From a virus (lineage: Duplodnaviria; Caudoviricetes), in IMG/VR virus record IMGVR_UViG_3300006749_000124, positions 1-24,118 of that record: a stretch of 24,118 nt of DNA; one strand, given 5' to 3'. Positions 7,847 through 16,673 of this stretch are shown in pieces. Each line of letters begins with the position of its first letter. The first letter of the stretch is position 1. The position numbers were made by a program, and so were the translations under genes. The notes beneath the pieces were generated by a model. The model made no database searches. It saw only the letters and a program-made list of their open reading frames with translations, and was not told the origin of the DNA.

Positions 7847-8708
7847 TGAATGCGGTTCAAGACAAACGTCTTTTGATGAAAGACTTGGTGAAAGGGTTTG
7901 CGACGATTGCGGTTTAGTTATCGTTGTTGAACAGTTTGAAGAAACTGTTCGTGGCTATGGTGTTGGTGATTTTGGAAACTCTAGAATTGGAGATAAGGGT
8001 CACTTAGGAAGTTTTACAGACAAGAGGATTTCAACTGTAAGAACAGGAGCAGGTCATCATATGACTCGCGGTGTTTCCGATACCGAAAGAGCAATTTTGA
8101 AAGGTATTCAACTGACTAATATGGTGTTTGGCTCTTTGGGCTTTCCATCTGTTCTTAAAGAACGAACCGAACAGATTTATCGTGAGTGTTTCCGAAAGCG
8201 TGTCTTTGGTCAATATGGTATGGAAGTGCGAGCAACTGCTATTGCTTATTACGTTATGAAGGAAAATAGAACTCCTGTTCCTCTTTCATTAGTTTGCCAA
8301 GAGTATGACGTATCTCGTAAAGCAGTAAATAGATTGGTTCGTAGAATTACCAAGCACTATGGAAATAAAACTGTTAATCAAAACACTACAGACTTTGAAG
8401 TAAAGAGGCTCGCCCAACTAGTCTGTGAAGACCCAACGTTTTCTAGCCTGTGTTGTGAAACGTTGGTTCATTTTGAGAAAGTGCTTGAAGCACTAACAAT
8501 CAGTAAGAGTAAATCATTTGTGGCGTCCATTGTTTATATGACGAGCATTATGTATGATTATAAAATCACAGGACAGGCAATCGAGGACTACGCCTTTGTG
8601 TCCCGAGCGTCTATGATTCAAGAAGTAAAACGCTTGATTAAACCTTTTGGATTCAAACTTCCAAGAGAAATCAAAGGCAAAACATTAAACGATTTTGAGA
8701 TGATTTAA
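7836..8708 (+). CDS. tfb: Transcription initiation factor B (TFB/TFIIB homologue)
   Basis: Zn ribbon CDECGS...DERLGERVCDDCGLV followed by two cyclin-like helical repeats (ATAIAYY, VASIVYM). Confidence 0.85.
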   Translation: MRCDECGSRQTSFDERLGERVCDDCGLVIVVEQFEETVRGYGVGDFGNSRIGDKGHLGSFTDKRISTVRTGAGHHMTRGVSDTERAILKGIQLTNMVFGSLGFPSVLKERTEQIYRECFRKRVFGQYGMEVRATAIAYYVMKENRTPVPLSLVCQEYDVSRKAVNRLVRRITKHYGNKTVNQNTTDFEVKRLAQLVCEDPTFSSLCCETLVHFEKVLEALTISKSKSFVASIVYMTSIMYDYKITGQAIEDYAFVSRASMIQEVKRLIKPFGFKLPREIKGKTLNDFEMI

Positions 8709-9266
8709 ATGAAGAAAATTTTAGTAATTGGAGCAGGTGGAATTGGAAGTTTCTTAATTCCACTTCTCGACAGAATTAACGAATACAACATTACGGTGGC
8801 TGACCCTGATAAGGTGGAGACAAAGAATCTCCTTTATCAGAATTACCTACCTTTAAATGTTGGACAGAATAAGGCACAGTCAATGCAAGACATTCACAAT
8901 AATGTCTCAAAGGCTAGCCCTTATCCGATTTTAACTGCAAAACAAATGGAGGGTTATGACCTCGTTGTTTCTTGTGTAGATAACCTAGGAGTTAGGCGCA
9001 CTCTTTACAACACAACCCTTAAGTGGTTGGACCTTCGCGCTCAAGGTAGGAATGCGGCACTTGTGACGCATAACGCTGACCCTGCGCTTTACGATTCTCT
9101 CTTGGCCGGACCTGAAGGTTCTTTTTCGTGCCAAAGTGAGAATTGGGATGGTTCAGGAGCAGGTGTGAACCTTATGAACGCTATGATTGCAGGTGCAGGC
9201 GCACAATGGATTCAGAAGTATTTTAACAATGAAGACACGAAGGCGTTTATGACTTTTAATATTTGA
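8709..9266 (+). CDS. ThiF/MoeB/E1-family Ubl-activating adenylyltransferase
   Basis: ILVIGAGGIG, DPDKVETKNL, NKA, DLVVSCVDN...R, WLD; candidate catalytic Cys141 in SFSCQ; no Zn-binding CxxC pairs. Confidence 0.88.
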   Translation: MKKILVIGAGGIGSFLIPLLDRINEYNITVADPDKVETKNLLYQNYLPLNVGQNKAQSMQDIHNNVSKASPYPILTAKQMEGYDLVVSCVDNLGVRRTLYNTTLKWLDLRAQGRNAALVTHNADPALYDSLLAGPEGSFSCQSENWDGSGAGVNLMNAMIAGAGAQWIQKYFNNEDTKAFMTFNI

Positions 9267-9276
9267 GGTGAATAAA

Positions 9277-10476
9277 ATGAATTTTACAGAAGAAGAAATT
9301 AAATTTATGCAAAAACTACGAACGAAAAACATGGGCTATGGAAACATCGCTCGTCGGCTTGAAGCCGTTTATCGAAAGAAGCCTACGGTTTCTCAGGTAA
9401 AGCGAGCATTGGCGACCCCTGAGCAAAAGCAAGCAGATACAGAAATTGCTGCTATGTCTCTCCCTAACAGCCTTAAGGAAGTTGTGAAACTCCGAGAGAA
9501 TGGAGCAACATATAAGCAGATTACTGAGCAAACAGGCTTTTCTTATAAAAAGGTCAAGAGTATCTGTGATGTTTTTGTTGCTAATAACTCTAATATCTCT
9601 AAGTCTAATATGACTAGGTATAAAGCAGAAAAGATGAAGAAGGCCAGAAACAATAGATGGACTGATGAAGAAACTTCTAAGTTGTTTTCTTTAAATCAAC
9701 AAAATGTCTCTTGGAAAGAGATTTCTGAGAAGTTGGGAAGGAGTCAGAGGGCTTGCAAACAGAAATACATGTATGAAGTTAAGAAGGGCCATCTAACTTC
9801 TAAGTCTGCCCCTGTTGAGAATACTGAATGGACTACCTTTGAAGATAAGGCCTTAGTTTTCTCTATGTGGTTTTATAGTGAGCAACCCTATGCTTATGAA
9901 CATATTTCTGGACTTGTTTCAAAAGATAATAAGAGGACAGTAACAGATTGTTTGGCCCGTTACAATCTTCTAAAGGAGCAAAATCAGATTGAGTCTATCT
10001 TGGATGAGGAACCACCAAATTTTCCATTCCTTAATACTTTTTCTAATAGTGGTCGCATTAAGCCAATGCCCTTGCCGGAAGAGGTAAATGCAAAAGAAGC
10101 ATCTAAAGATAAAAAGTGGGCTAACAACCGATGTAACTATACTCCACAACAGGAGTTGGGAATTATGGTTGATTTCCCTAACCTGAGTATTGACGAAATG
10201 CGTGAAAAATACCAAAGGGACTATCGCGCTCTTGCAGGCCGGTATGAAGACATTTGGGATTCAGAAGAACCTTCAAGAATCGCTTTGGTTATAGAGGCTT
10301 CTCAGATTGTTTCTGCCCGTAAGCGGGAAGAGGCGGAAAAGCAAATTGAGCCGCGAATGGGATGGTTTGAACGCCGCCGTATGAAGCGTGTGGCGCGTAA
10401 GGCTGCGAGGATTCAGAAGCGATTGAACAAGATGGCTACCAAGTATGGTGCAATTCTAACAAATGGAGATGAATGA
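9277..10476 (+). CDS. Multi-HTH, Myb/SANT-like repeat DNA-binding protein
   Basis: WTDEE..KL......SWKEISEKLGRSQRACKQKY, WTTFEDKAL...RTVTDCLARY, YTPQQE...RDYRALAGRY, plus N-terminal HTH-like segments. GAGGTGA site before ATG 9277. Confidence 0.7.
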   Translation: MNFTEEEIKFMQKLRTKNMGYGNIARRLEAVYRKKPTVSQVKRALATPEQKQADTEIAAMSLPNSLKEVVKLRENGATYKQITEQTGFSYKKVKSICDVFVANNSNISKSNMTRYKAEKMKKARNNRWTDEETSKLFSLNQQNVSWKEISEKLGRSQRACKQKYMYEVKKGHLTSKSAPVENTEWTTFEDKALVFSMWFYSEQPYAYEHISGLVSKDNKRTVTDCLARYNLLKEQNQIESILDEEPPNFPFLNTFSNSGRIKPMPLPEEVNAKEASKDKKWANNRCNYTPQQELGIMVDFPNLSIDEMREKYQRDYRALAGRYEDIWDSEEPSRIALVIEASQIVSARKREEAEKQIEPRMGWFERRRMKRVARKAARIQKRLNKMATKYGAILTNGDE

Positions 10477-10477
10477 A

Positions 10478-11002
10478 ATGGGTAAGATTAAAGACAGATT
10501 TTTTGACGAAATCAATTCAGATGATGATTCTGGATATGAAGATTATGAACTTGCTGATGTAGCAATCAGGAATGCTTGGGAAACCTGTAAAGAACATTAC
10601 GGCCAAATGTCCGACACTCATCATCCAGAATTAAACGAAGCAATCTGGGACTGTTCGACAATGTTGTTTCCCGGTCTTGAAATTCAAGTTGTGATTGATG
10701 GGACAGATAATCTTTATTGGTCCGTTGGCTCGCCCGGATATGTTGATTTTCCCGCACCTCCTCTCGGAATGAAATTGCCGATTAAGTGTTGGATTCATAC
10801 CCATCCTTTTGGTTCTGCATATTTTAGCGGAACCGATTGGCGAACTATTAATTCATGGCGCATTCATATGCAACGTGCCGAAGTCCTTGGAAACATGGAA
10901 TGGGGTGTTTGGGATGGTGAAGCAGGTCATCAATACACCCATATTAAGGTTACAGAAGACAGTAACCTACTGCTAACAAAAATTGGAAGTGAAGAAGAAT
11001 GA
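10478..11002 (+). CDS. JAB/MPN+/JAMM metalloprotease
   Basis: E(IQV)...WIHTHPFGSAYFSGTD fits the JAMM E-xn-HxH-x7-S-x2-D motif exactly. Confidence 0.88.
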   Translation: MGKIKDRFFDEINSDDDSGYEDYELADVAIRNAWETCKEHYGQMSDTHHPELNEAIWDCSTMLFPGLEIQVVIDGTDNLYWSVGSPGYVDFPAPPLGMKLPIKCWIHTHPFGSAYFSGTDWRTINSWRIHMQRAEVLGNMEWGVWDGEAGHQYTHIKVTEDSNLLLTKIGSEEE

Positions 11003-11406
11003 AGAAATTTGAAAGAAAACAACAAGAACGCGGACAAGCATTTACTTTGGACTATACTCGTTCAACGCGAGCATATCCAAATGGAACTGCAAATGTTAAA
11101 ACCATTTACGTTAACGAGGTAACTGAAGGAAGAGGTGGAAAGAAGTTCACCAACACCATTCAGATGCTTGTTCCTGTTGAACCTGTTGAATGTTCAAAGC
11201 GTGTTAAAGAACATAAGGCCCGTCATCCGAACGATGTGAAGAAAACATATGATGAAATGCATATCCCCGGAAATGCTCGTCAAGCAAAGGCAGGAAAGCG
11301 AGATAAGCACCTAAAGGAGTTCTATAAAACTCATGTTTATGCTTACGTTAGGCCCGGAGTCCGTCGTTGGATTCCTATTCCTGAACTTAAGGAGGAAAAT
11401 GAATGA
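10999..11406 (+). CDS. Basic hypothetical protein
   Basis: ATGA-coupled on both sides; K/R-rich. Confidence 0.7.
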   Translation: MKKFERKQQERGQAFTLDYTRSTRAYPNGTANVKTIYVNEVTEGRGGKKFTNTIQMLVPVEPVECSKRVKEHKARHPNDVKKTYDEMHIPGNARQAKAGKRDKHLKEFYKTHVYAYVRPGVRRWIPIPELKEENE

Positions 11407-11636
11407 ACTACAATATTGTTAAATCAGTTGGAAACTATGCAGTAGTTAAGATTGAAAAGACTCAAACTACGTCAGGCATTGTTTCATCCCACGGTAACGT
11501 AGGAATGTGTATTGCTTGCTCAATGGATAGTGACCTTAATAATAAGAAGGTAATGTTCAATGGGCGAAAGACATATGAAAAGTATGGAGATTTTATGTTT
11601 GTTCCATATGCAGATATCTTTTGTGTGGTGAACTAA
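11403..11636 (+). CDS. groES: GroES-like co-chaperonin
   Basis: VGNYAVVK...TTSGIV (mobile loop)...G....A...KVMF...DIFCVV follows the Cpn10 pattern; 77 aa; just upstream of GroEL. Confidence 0.65.
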   Translation: MNYNIVKSVGNYAVVKIEKTQTTSGIVSSHGNVGMCIACSMDSDLNNKKVMFNGRKTYEKYGDFMFVPYADIFCVVN

Positions 11637-11720
11637 ATGTGTGGCGCTATTCCAATCGAATGTAATTCCTGCGGAACATGGTATAGATTTGACCATGAAT
11701 GTAAGGAGGAAGAAAAATGA
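11637..11720 (+). CDS. 27-aa Cys/His microprotein (not in the ORF track)
   Basis: MCGAIPIECNSCGTWYRFDHECKEEEK; starts directly after the groES stop and its stop overlaps the groEL ATG. Confidence 0.5.
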   Translation: MCGAIPIECNSCGTWYRFDHECKEEEK

Positions 11721-13231
11721 TTACTACAGAGAAAGAAGTAAAAGAAAAACTATTGCAAGGTATTAACATGGTTGCTGACGCAGTTTCGCCCACCTTTGGA
11801 CCACAGGCTAAAACGGCGATTCTTCAGGGAAACCCGCCCGTCATTATCAACGACGGTGTAACTATTACGAAATACGTTAAGCACGATGACCCATATGTTC
11901 AGATGGGTATTCAAATGGTTCAAAATCTTGCTAGCCAAGCACAGGATAAATCCGGTGATGGAACAACTACTGCCTGCATTCTTGCACGCTCTCTATGTAA
12001 TAACATCTTCAGCCATTACTCTAATATTGAAAATATGCGAGTATTTCAAGATGAACTTGCTACCATTTCAGAATTTATTGTTAGTAAAATTAAAGATGCG
12101 ACCCAACCAATTACTGATGAAGACGTATATGGTGTAGCATTTATCTCATCAAACAATGATTATCAGATTGCAGAAATGATTACAGAAGCAGTAAAGGCAG
12201 TAGGAAAGGACGGAGTGATTACTGTTGAAGAAGGTAAAACTTACAAGAATGAACTGATTATCAGAGAGGGCGTTCGTCTTGATGAAGGCTACCTTAGTCA
12301 TCTGATGGCTAACAAAGAAAATGGAACTTGTGAATTTGAGAACCCTCTCATCTTTATGTCCAACCTTTCTTTCCGTAACTTCCAAGATTTGCTGCCTATG
12401 CTTGAGATTGCTTCTGTTCAAAAGCGACCTCTTCTTATCATGTGTAAAGGAATAGAAGGTTCTGCCATGAATAACTTAGTGGCAAACATTATTCAACAAA
12501 CTGTTCAAGTGGCTGCTATTCTTGCGCCTAACTTTGGTGATGCACAGTTAGATGAATTGGGCGACCTTAATGCTCTTGTTGGAGGAAAGATTTTCAATAA
12601 TGAAAGCAACGATGACCCGACCTTAGTTTCCATTGGAGATTTTGGTTCTTGTGAAAGAGTAATTGTTTCAAAAGAATACACAACAATTATCGGTGGCGAT
12701 GGTGATGTTCAGTCTCGAATCGAAACGCTCCGTTCAATGGCTGAAGATATGGAAGGATATGATAAAAATAGAATTAAGCACCGTGTTGCTCGTTTGAAGG
12801 GAGGTGTAGCGACTATCCAAATTGGTGCATCTTCCGCTATTGAAATGCGTGAATCAAAGGAAAGATTAGATGATGCGTTAAATGCAACTAGAGCCGCCCT
12901 TGCTGAAGGTATTGTTGGGGGTGGAGGCATGACTTATGCTGATATCGCAAACGCAATTGCTGAAACTGCGGGACAAACTCTTTCTATCGTAGATAACATG
13001 CTAATGGATGCTCTCTATGAACCTATTCGCTGTTTGCTTGAAAATTCAAACATGAAAGAAGAAGTTCTAAACACTTGGGTTCTTGGTGGATTCAATGCTC
13101 TCACCGGAGAGTTTGGGGACTTAAAGGAAATTTATGACCCGGCTAGGGTTGCTAGAGAATCCTTTTTAGCCGCTATGTCCATTGCCCGTCTGTTCCTAAC
13201 TACATCTGTAGCAATTACATTGGAGGACTAA
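11717..13231 (+). CDS. groEL: Group I chaperonin (GroEL-like)
   Basis: TFGP, INDGVTI, GDGTTTA, GVITVEEG, APNFGD, ARLKGGVA.I.IG, ERLDDALNATRAA, GIVGGGG, DP; lacks the GGM tail. Confidence 0.93.
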   Translation: MITTEKEVKEKLLQGINMVADAVSPTFGPQAKTAILQGNPPVIINDGVTITKYVKHDDPYVQMGIQMVQNLASQAQDKSGDGTTTACILARSLCNNIFSHYSNIENMRVFQDELATISEFIVSKIKDATQPITDEDVYGVAFISSNNDYQIAEMITEAVKAVGKDGVITVEEGKTYKNELIIREGVRLDEGYLSHLMANKENGTCEFENPLIFMSNLSFRNFQDLLPMLEIASVQKRPLLIMCKGIEGSAMNNLVANIIQQTVQVAAILAPNFGDAQLDELGDLNALVGGKIFNNESNDDPTLVSIGDFGSCERVIVSKEYTTIIGGDGDVQSRIETLRSMAEDMEGYDKNRIKHRVARLKGGVATIQIGASSAIEMRESKERLDDALNATRAALAEGIVGGGGMTYADIANAIAETAGQTLSIVDNMLMDALYEPIRCLLENSNMKEEVLNTWVLGGFNALTGEFGDLKEIYDPARVARESFLAAMSIARLFLTTSVAITLED

Positions 13232-13233
13232 AT

Positions 13234-13413
13234 ATGCCACAAGTTATGCATCAAGAAATATTAGACTACATTACTTGGTTAGAAGGGCAAATCCCTGAAG
13301 GATTAGAGGGGCAATACCCTTTTCATAGGTTATACAAAAAGAATCTCTTTATGGCCTCCAATGGTAAGTTTTACTTTATTCATAAAGATGATGGACCGGG
13401 GAGGAAACATTGA
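13234..13413 (+). CDS. 59-aa hypothetical protein (not in the ORF track)
   Basis: MPQVMHQEILDYITWLEG...PGRKH*; GGAGG site upstream; TGATG overlap with the next gene. Confidence 0.6.
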   Translation: MPQVMHQEILDYITWLEGQIPEGLEGQYPFHRLYKKNLFMASNGKFYFIHKDDGPGRKH

Positions 13414-13805
13414 TGAAACGTGCAGTTACAGTTACATTACCTGCACCACATGATGCAGAAATTAATTGCCCTATTTGTGAAGGGAATAAATGTAAGGTGT
13501 GTAATATGACCGGGAAGATTAAATTTCAGGTCGCACCTAAGATTCCTATTCAAAGGGCGCACATCATTAAATACATCAACGATAATCTTAATGATGTAGC
13601 ATTCGAATTAAGTAGAATGTTTGGCCTTGTTCCTGAAGTCTCAACAAAGGAAGTTGTTGAAGTCAGTAGCGGCCAATATGAAATTGTGCAGGTATCTTCA
13701 ATTGGTGGAGCCTGTTGGATTGCTAACCGATTAGACCAATTAGAAGCGCCACGCTATTTTAGAACGTGGAAAGACCTAGAAAAGTTCAAGGAGGAATCAA
13801 TTTGA
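13413..13805 (+). CDS. Hypothetical protein with DnaJ-like Cys motif
   Basis: CPICEGNKCKVCNMTG, similar to CxxCxGxG repeats. Confidence 0.65.
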   Translation: MKRAVTVTLPAPHDAEINCPICEGNKCKVCNMTGKIKFQVAPKIPIQRAHIIKYINDNLNDVAFELSRMFGLVPEVSTKEVVEVSSGQYEIVQVSSIGGACWIANRLDQLEAPRYFRTWKDLEKFKEESI

Positions 13806-14008
13806 CTGATGACGGATTTGAACTGATTGGAACTATTCCCCGAAACGAAACTGATGTAGTTAAGGTTCGTAAGGGTAACTATTATAAAATCGACGTAATT
13901 GATATTCGTTGGTATAAGGCAGATAAGATTTCCCGTAAGGGTATTCGCCTTAATCGAGAAGAGGCTACATATCTTCTTAACATTCTCAGGAGAGAGTTAG
14001 ATGACTGA
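13802..14008 (+). CDS. PC4-like ssDNA-binding/transcription coactivator protein
   Basis: VKVRKGNY.....IDIRWY......RKGIRL..EE is the PC4 pattern. TTG start after GGAGG. Confidence 0.75.
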   Translation: MTDDGFELIGTIPRNETDVVKVRKGNYYKIDVIDIRWYKADKISRKGIRLNREEATYLLNILRRELDD

Positions 14009-14318
14009 AAGAAAAATTAAACCTAAGCGCATCAGCGATGTGCAAGCAAAAAAATCAGCAAGAGCAGCAAACGCCAAAAGACAATACGGAAGTGGTGCGG
14101 TAGGCAGATTTGTTACTCATGCTTCTTCATTAGTTGATTTATACGCACTATATGTTGAAAAGAGTATGGACGTTGCACCCGGTAAAGGACGTGGTTGCAG
14201 GGTTCAGACATACCATTTAGATATTGCTTTTGCTAAGATGCAATCGCTAATGAACGAACTTATTTTGGAGAGTGTATTAAATGAATACGAACAAGATTTA
14301 CCTAGTGACGACGAATGA
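14001..14318 (+). CDS. Probable divergent histone-fold protein
   Basis: Short helix (ISDVQAKKSAR), loop (RQYGSGA), long helix, then RVQTYHLDIAF; spacing fits a histone fold. Confidence 0.45.
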   Translation: MTERKIKPKRISDVQAKKSARAANAKRQYGSGAVGRFVTHASSLVDLYALYVEKSMDVAPGKGRGCRVQTYHLDIAFAKMQSLMNELILESVLNEYEQDLPSDDE

Positions 14319-14646
14319 TAAAAAGTATGCAGAATGGTCAAAGAAAATGGCTAGAACTCTAAATAAGAGTCCGCTAATGTTTGAACATTTTCAATCTCAG
14401 GCTACTGAGATGCGATATGCAAATTATCTAGCAAAGGCTTCATTCGTTTGTTATTGGGAAATTCAGACAGATAATAGTTTAGCGAGACTTGCACCCGCAT
14501 TGACTCAGGCTACGTTAATTCAACTAACACATCGTTTTGTTGAGCAGGAAAAATTTGAAGAAGTAGAAGTTACATCAATGATGATGACCAACTTCCTTCG
14601 ACTACTTGGGGGTCTTGATGATGTATCGCAAGATGAAGAAGAATGA
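14281..14646 (+). CDS. Hypothetical protein
   Basis: 121-aa ORF with GGAG upstream; helical character. Confidence 0.65.
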   Translation: MNTNKIYLVTTNDKKYAEWSKKMARTLNKSPLMFEHFQSQATEMRYANYLAKASFVCYWEIQTDNSLARLAPALTQATLIQLTHRFVEQEKFEEVEVTSMMMTNFLRLLGGLDDVSQDEEE

Positions 14647-14872
14647 ATGGATTAAGGTTGCAAAATTCCTACATTGGTTTTTTGTTTCCGAAGAACAAGA
14701 GCCGAAAGACTACACAACGATTTCGGACGATATTAAGAATTTAATTTATACAGTAAATAAAGAGGTGAATTTTGATGACGTGGAAAATGATGAGCAACCT
14801 ATTGGAAGCAACGGACCAAGCCCTTCCAAGCAGACAAATCTCAATGATTTCGAAGGCTCTGGAGAATTTTGA
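14633..14872 (+). CDS. Small acidic protein overlapping the ligase, with PIP-like C-terminal motif
   Basis: The only + ORF covering 14647-14774; extends 98 nt into the ligase in another frame; QTNLNDF near its end. Confidence 0.5.
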   Translation: MKKNEWIKVAKFLHWFFVSEEQEPKDYTTISDDIKNLIYTVNKEVNFDDVENDEQPIGSNGPSPSKQTNLNDFEGSGEF

Positions 14873-16301
14873 AGATAAGAGTAGTGTTCTTGCTGTTCTT
14901 GCTTTAGAATATCCTTCAAACAACATTGGTCTATCAAGAGCAAAGAAGTGGATGGCGAAGTCTTTTGATTTACATGAAGAAGAAATCGATGGAGATATGG
15001 TAGTCTATGAGGACTTGGGTGATGTTGTCTATTATCTAGATACTTCAGCAGATTCAGAAACGGGAACATCTGTAGCAACAATTCTTCGAATGCTAGGAAC
15101 CGATTGTTCAGGAATCAACTCAGATTCTAATAGAGCAATCAATGACCTAATTGTTTCGCTTTCTGCTATTGAGCGAAAGTGGTTCATTCGATATTGGCTA
15201 CGCACACCTCGTAATGGTATTAACTCTGGAAATGTCGTAAAGATGCTCGCAAAGCATTTTAAGAAGACACAATCTGAAGTAAAGAAGCACACTAACTTCA
15301 ATAGCATTTCAAATGTTTGTGAATATTACATGGGTGGAATGGAACCACCTATGATTCTAAATCACGGAACGTTTGTTGCGCCGATGTTAGCAAAAGCCGT
15401 TCCTTTGAATAAGTGGCCGAAGAATAGGATTGTTGATTATAAATACGATGGTAACAGATACCAGATTCATAAGAAAGGTGATAACGTTATCATCTTCAAT
15501 CGAAAGGGTAAGATTGTAACTAACCAATATCCAGATATTGTGGAAATCATTCGTGGTTATGATTGTGATAACTCAATCTTTGATGGTGAAATTTACCCTA
15601 TTCATGGTGACGGTTCGCCCGCACCCCATCAGCGTTTGGGAACCCGTGTTCATTCCAAAGACCACGCAGAAGCCGTCAGGAGATGCCCTGTAACATGGGT
15701 AATCTTCGATTGTTTGAAGATAGACGGCGAGGCCGTGTTGGGCCTTCCTTACGCTCATAGGCTTGAAGTAATGAAGGAGTTACCTAACCAAGCCCACCGA
15801 CAATTTGATGGAGATGCAATCGCTTTCTATCATGAAGCGATTAATGCAGGATTTGAAGGCATCATCGTAAAAGATGCAGATGCCGAATATCAGCCCGGAA
15901 AGCGTTCTATTTCTTGGGCTAAACACAAGCCACCGCGAATTGATTTAGATGTTGTTATTGTTTCAGCATCGTATGGTGAAGGAAAAAGAGCAGGTGTCTT
16001 TGGACGTTTTGAGATGGGAGTTAAATCAGATGGTGGTTATTCTCCTATTGGTTGGGTAGGGACAGGTTTTTCTGATTCTGACCTTGTTAACCTAACCAAT
16101 GCCCTTAGAAAGAATGTTGAAAGTTATAAGGGCAATATCTACTCTGTGCTACCTCGCGTAGTTTTGCAGGTAAGCGCAGATGTAGTAACTAGGGATTCCG
16201 ATGGAAACATTGGACTAAGATTCCCTAGAGTAACTAGAATCAGAGATGATAAATTCGCACAAGATGTGAATACTCTAGAAGAAGTTGAGAGGATGATTTA
16301 A
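14775..16301 (+). CDS. lig: ATP-dependent DNA ligase
   Basis: KYDGNR (motif I), FDGEI, IFD, EGIIVK, WAKHK, VGTGFSD, LRFPR...IRDDK; GAGGTGA site upstream. Confidence 0.95.
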   Translation: MTWKMMSNLLEATDQALPSRQISMISKALENFEDKSSVLAVLALEYPSNNIGLSRAKKWMAKSFDLHEEEIDGDMVVYEDLGDVVYYLDTSADSETGTSVATILRMLGTDCSGINSDSNRAINDLIVSLSAIERKWFIRYWLRTPRNGINSGNVVKMLAKHFKKTQSEVKKHTNFNSISNVCEYYMGGMEPPMILNHGTFVAPMLAKAVPLNKWPKNRIVDYKYDGNRYQIHKKGDNVIIFNRKGKIVTNQYPDIVEIIRGYDCDNSIFDGEIYPIHGDGSPAPHQRLGTRVHSKDHAEAVRRCPVTWVIFDCLKIDGEAVLGLPYAHRLEVMKELPNQAHRQFDGDAIAFYHEAINAGFEGIIVKDADAEYQPGKRSISWAKHKPPRIDLDVVIVSASYGEGKRAGVFGRFEMGVKSDGGYSPIGWVGTGFSDSDLVNLTNALRKNVESYKGNIYSVLPRVVLQVSADVVTRDSDGNIGLRFPRVTRIRDDKFAQDVNTLEEVERMI

Positions 16302-16673
16302 ATGGCAATTAAACACAAGAACTTTAATTACTTTGTTTGGAATGATAATTCAGTTACACGTATTGCGGAGTTAAGAAAACATGAAGTGGCAAAGGCGCTT
16401 AATTTACATAAGAAGCGTCTAAAGTCTGGCTACATTGTTCTTAAGAAGTTACATGAACAACGACTGAAAACCTTACCGGGTTCTAAACCAATTAATACAG
16501 AAAGGGTTATGCTAAGAACCATGAAGATGAGAACTAGTAGGCCCGTAAAAACCTCAAGCCGAGAAGTTCGTCTTGATGCAATTATTCAAACGGCTTTGTT
16601 TCTTTTGGATAGTGAAGCAGATTTTGAAGCAGTAAAGAACTGTCTAAAGCAAGCAGGTGATAAAGATGATTAA
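16302..16673 (+). CDS. Basic hypothetical protein
   Basis: Starts directly after the ligase stop; K/R-rich. Confidence 0.65.
   Translation: MAIKHKNFNYFVWNDNSVTRIAELRKHEVAKALNLHKKRLKSGYIVLKKLHEQRLKTLPGSKPINTERVMLRTMKMRTSRPVKTSSREVRLDAIIQTALFLLDSEADFEAVKNCLKQAGDKDD

Noticed and set aside
3250-14646. Many proteins end in acidic E-rich tails (NSEE, SEEE, KEEEK, DEEE), a possible shared degron
   Set aside because: More simply explained in most cases by overlap with the purine-rich ribosome-binding region of the next gene.
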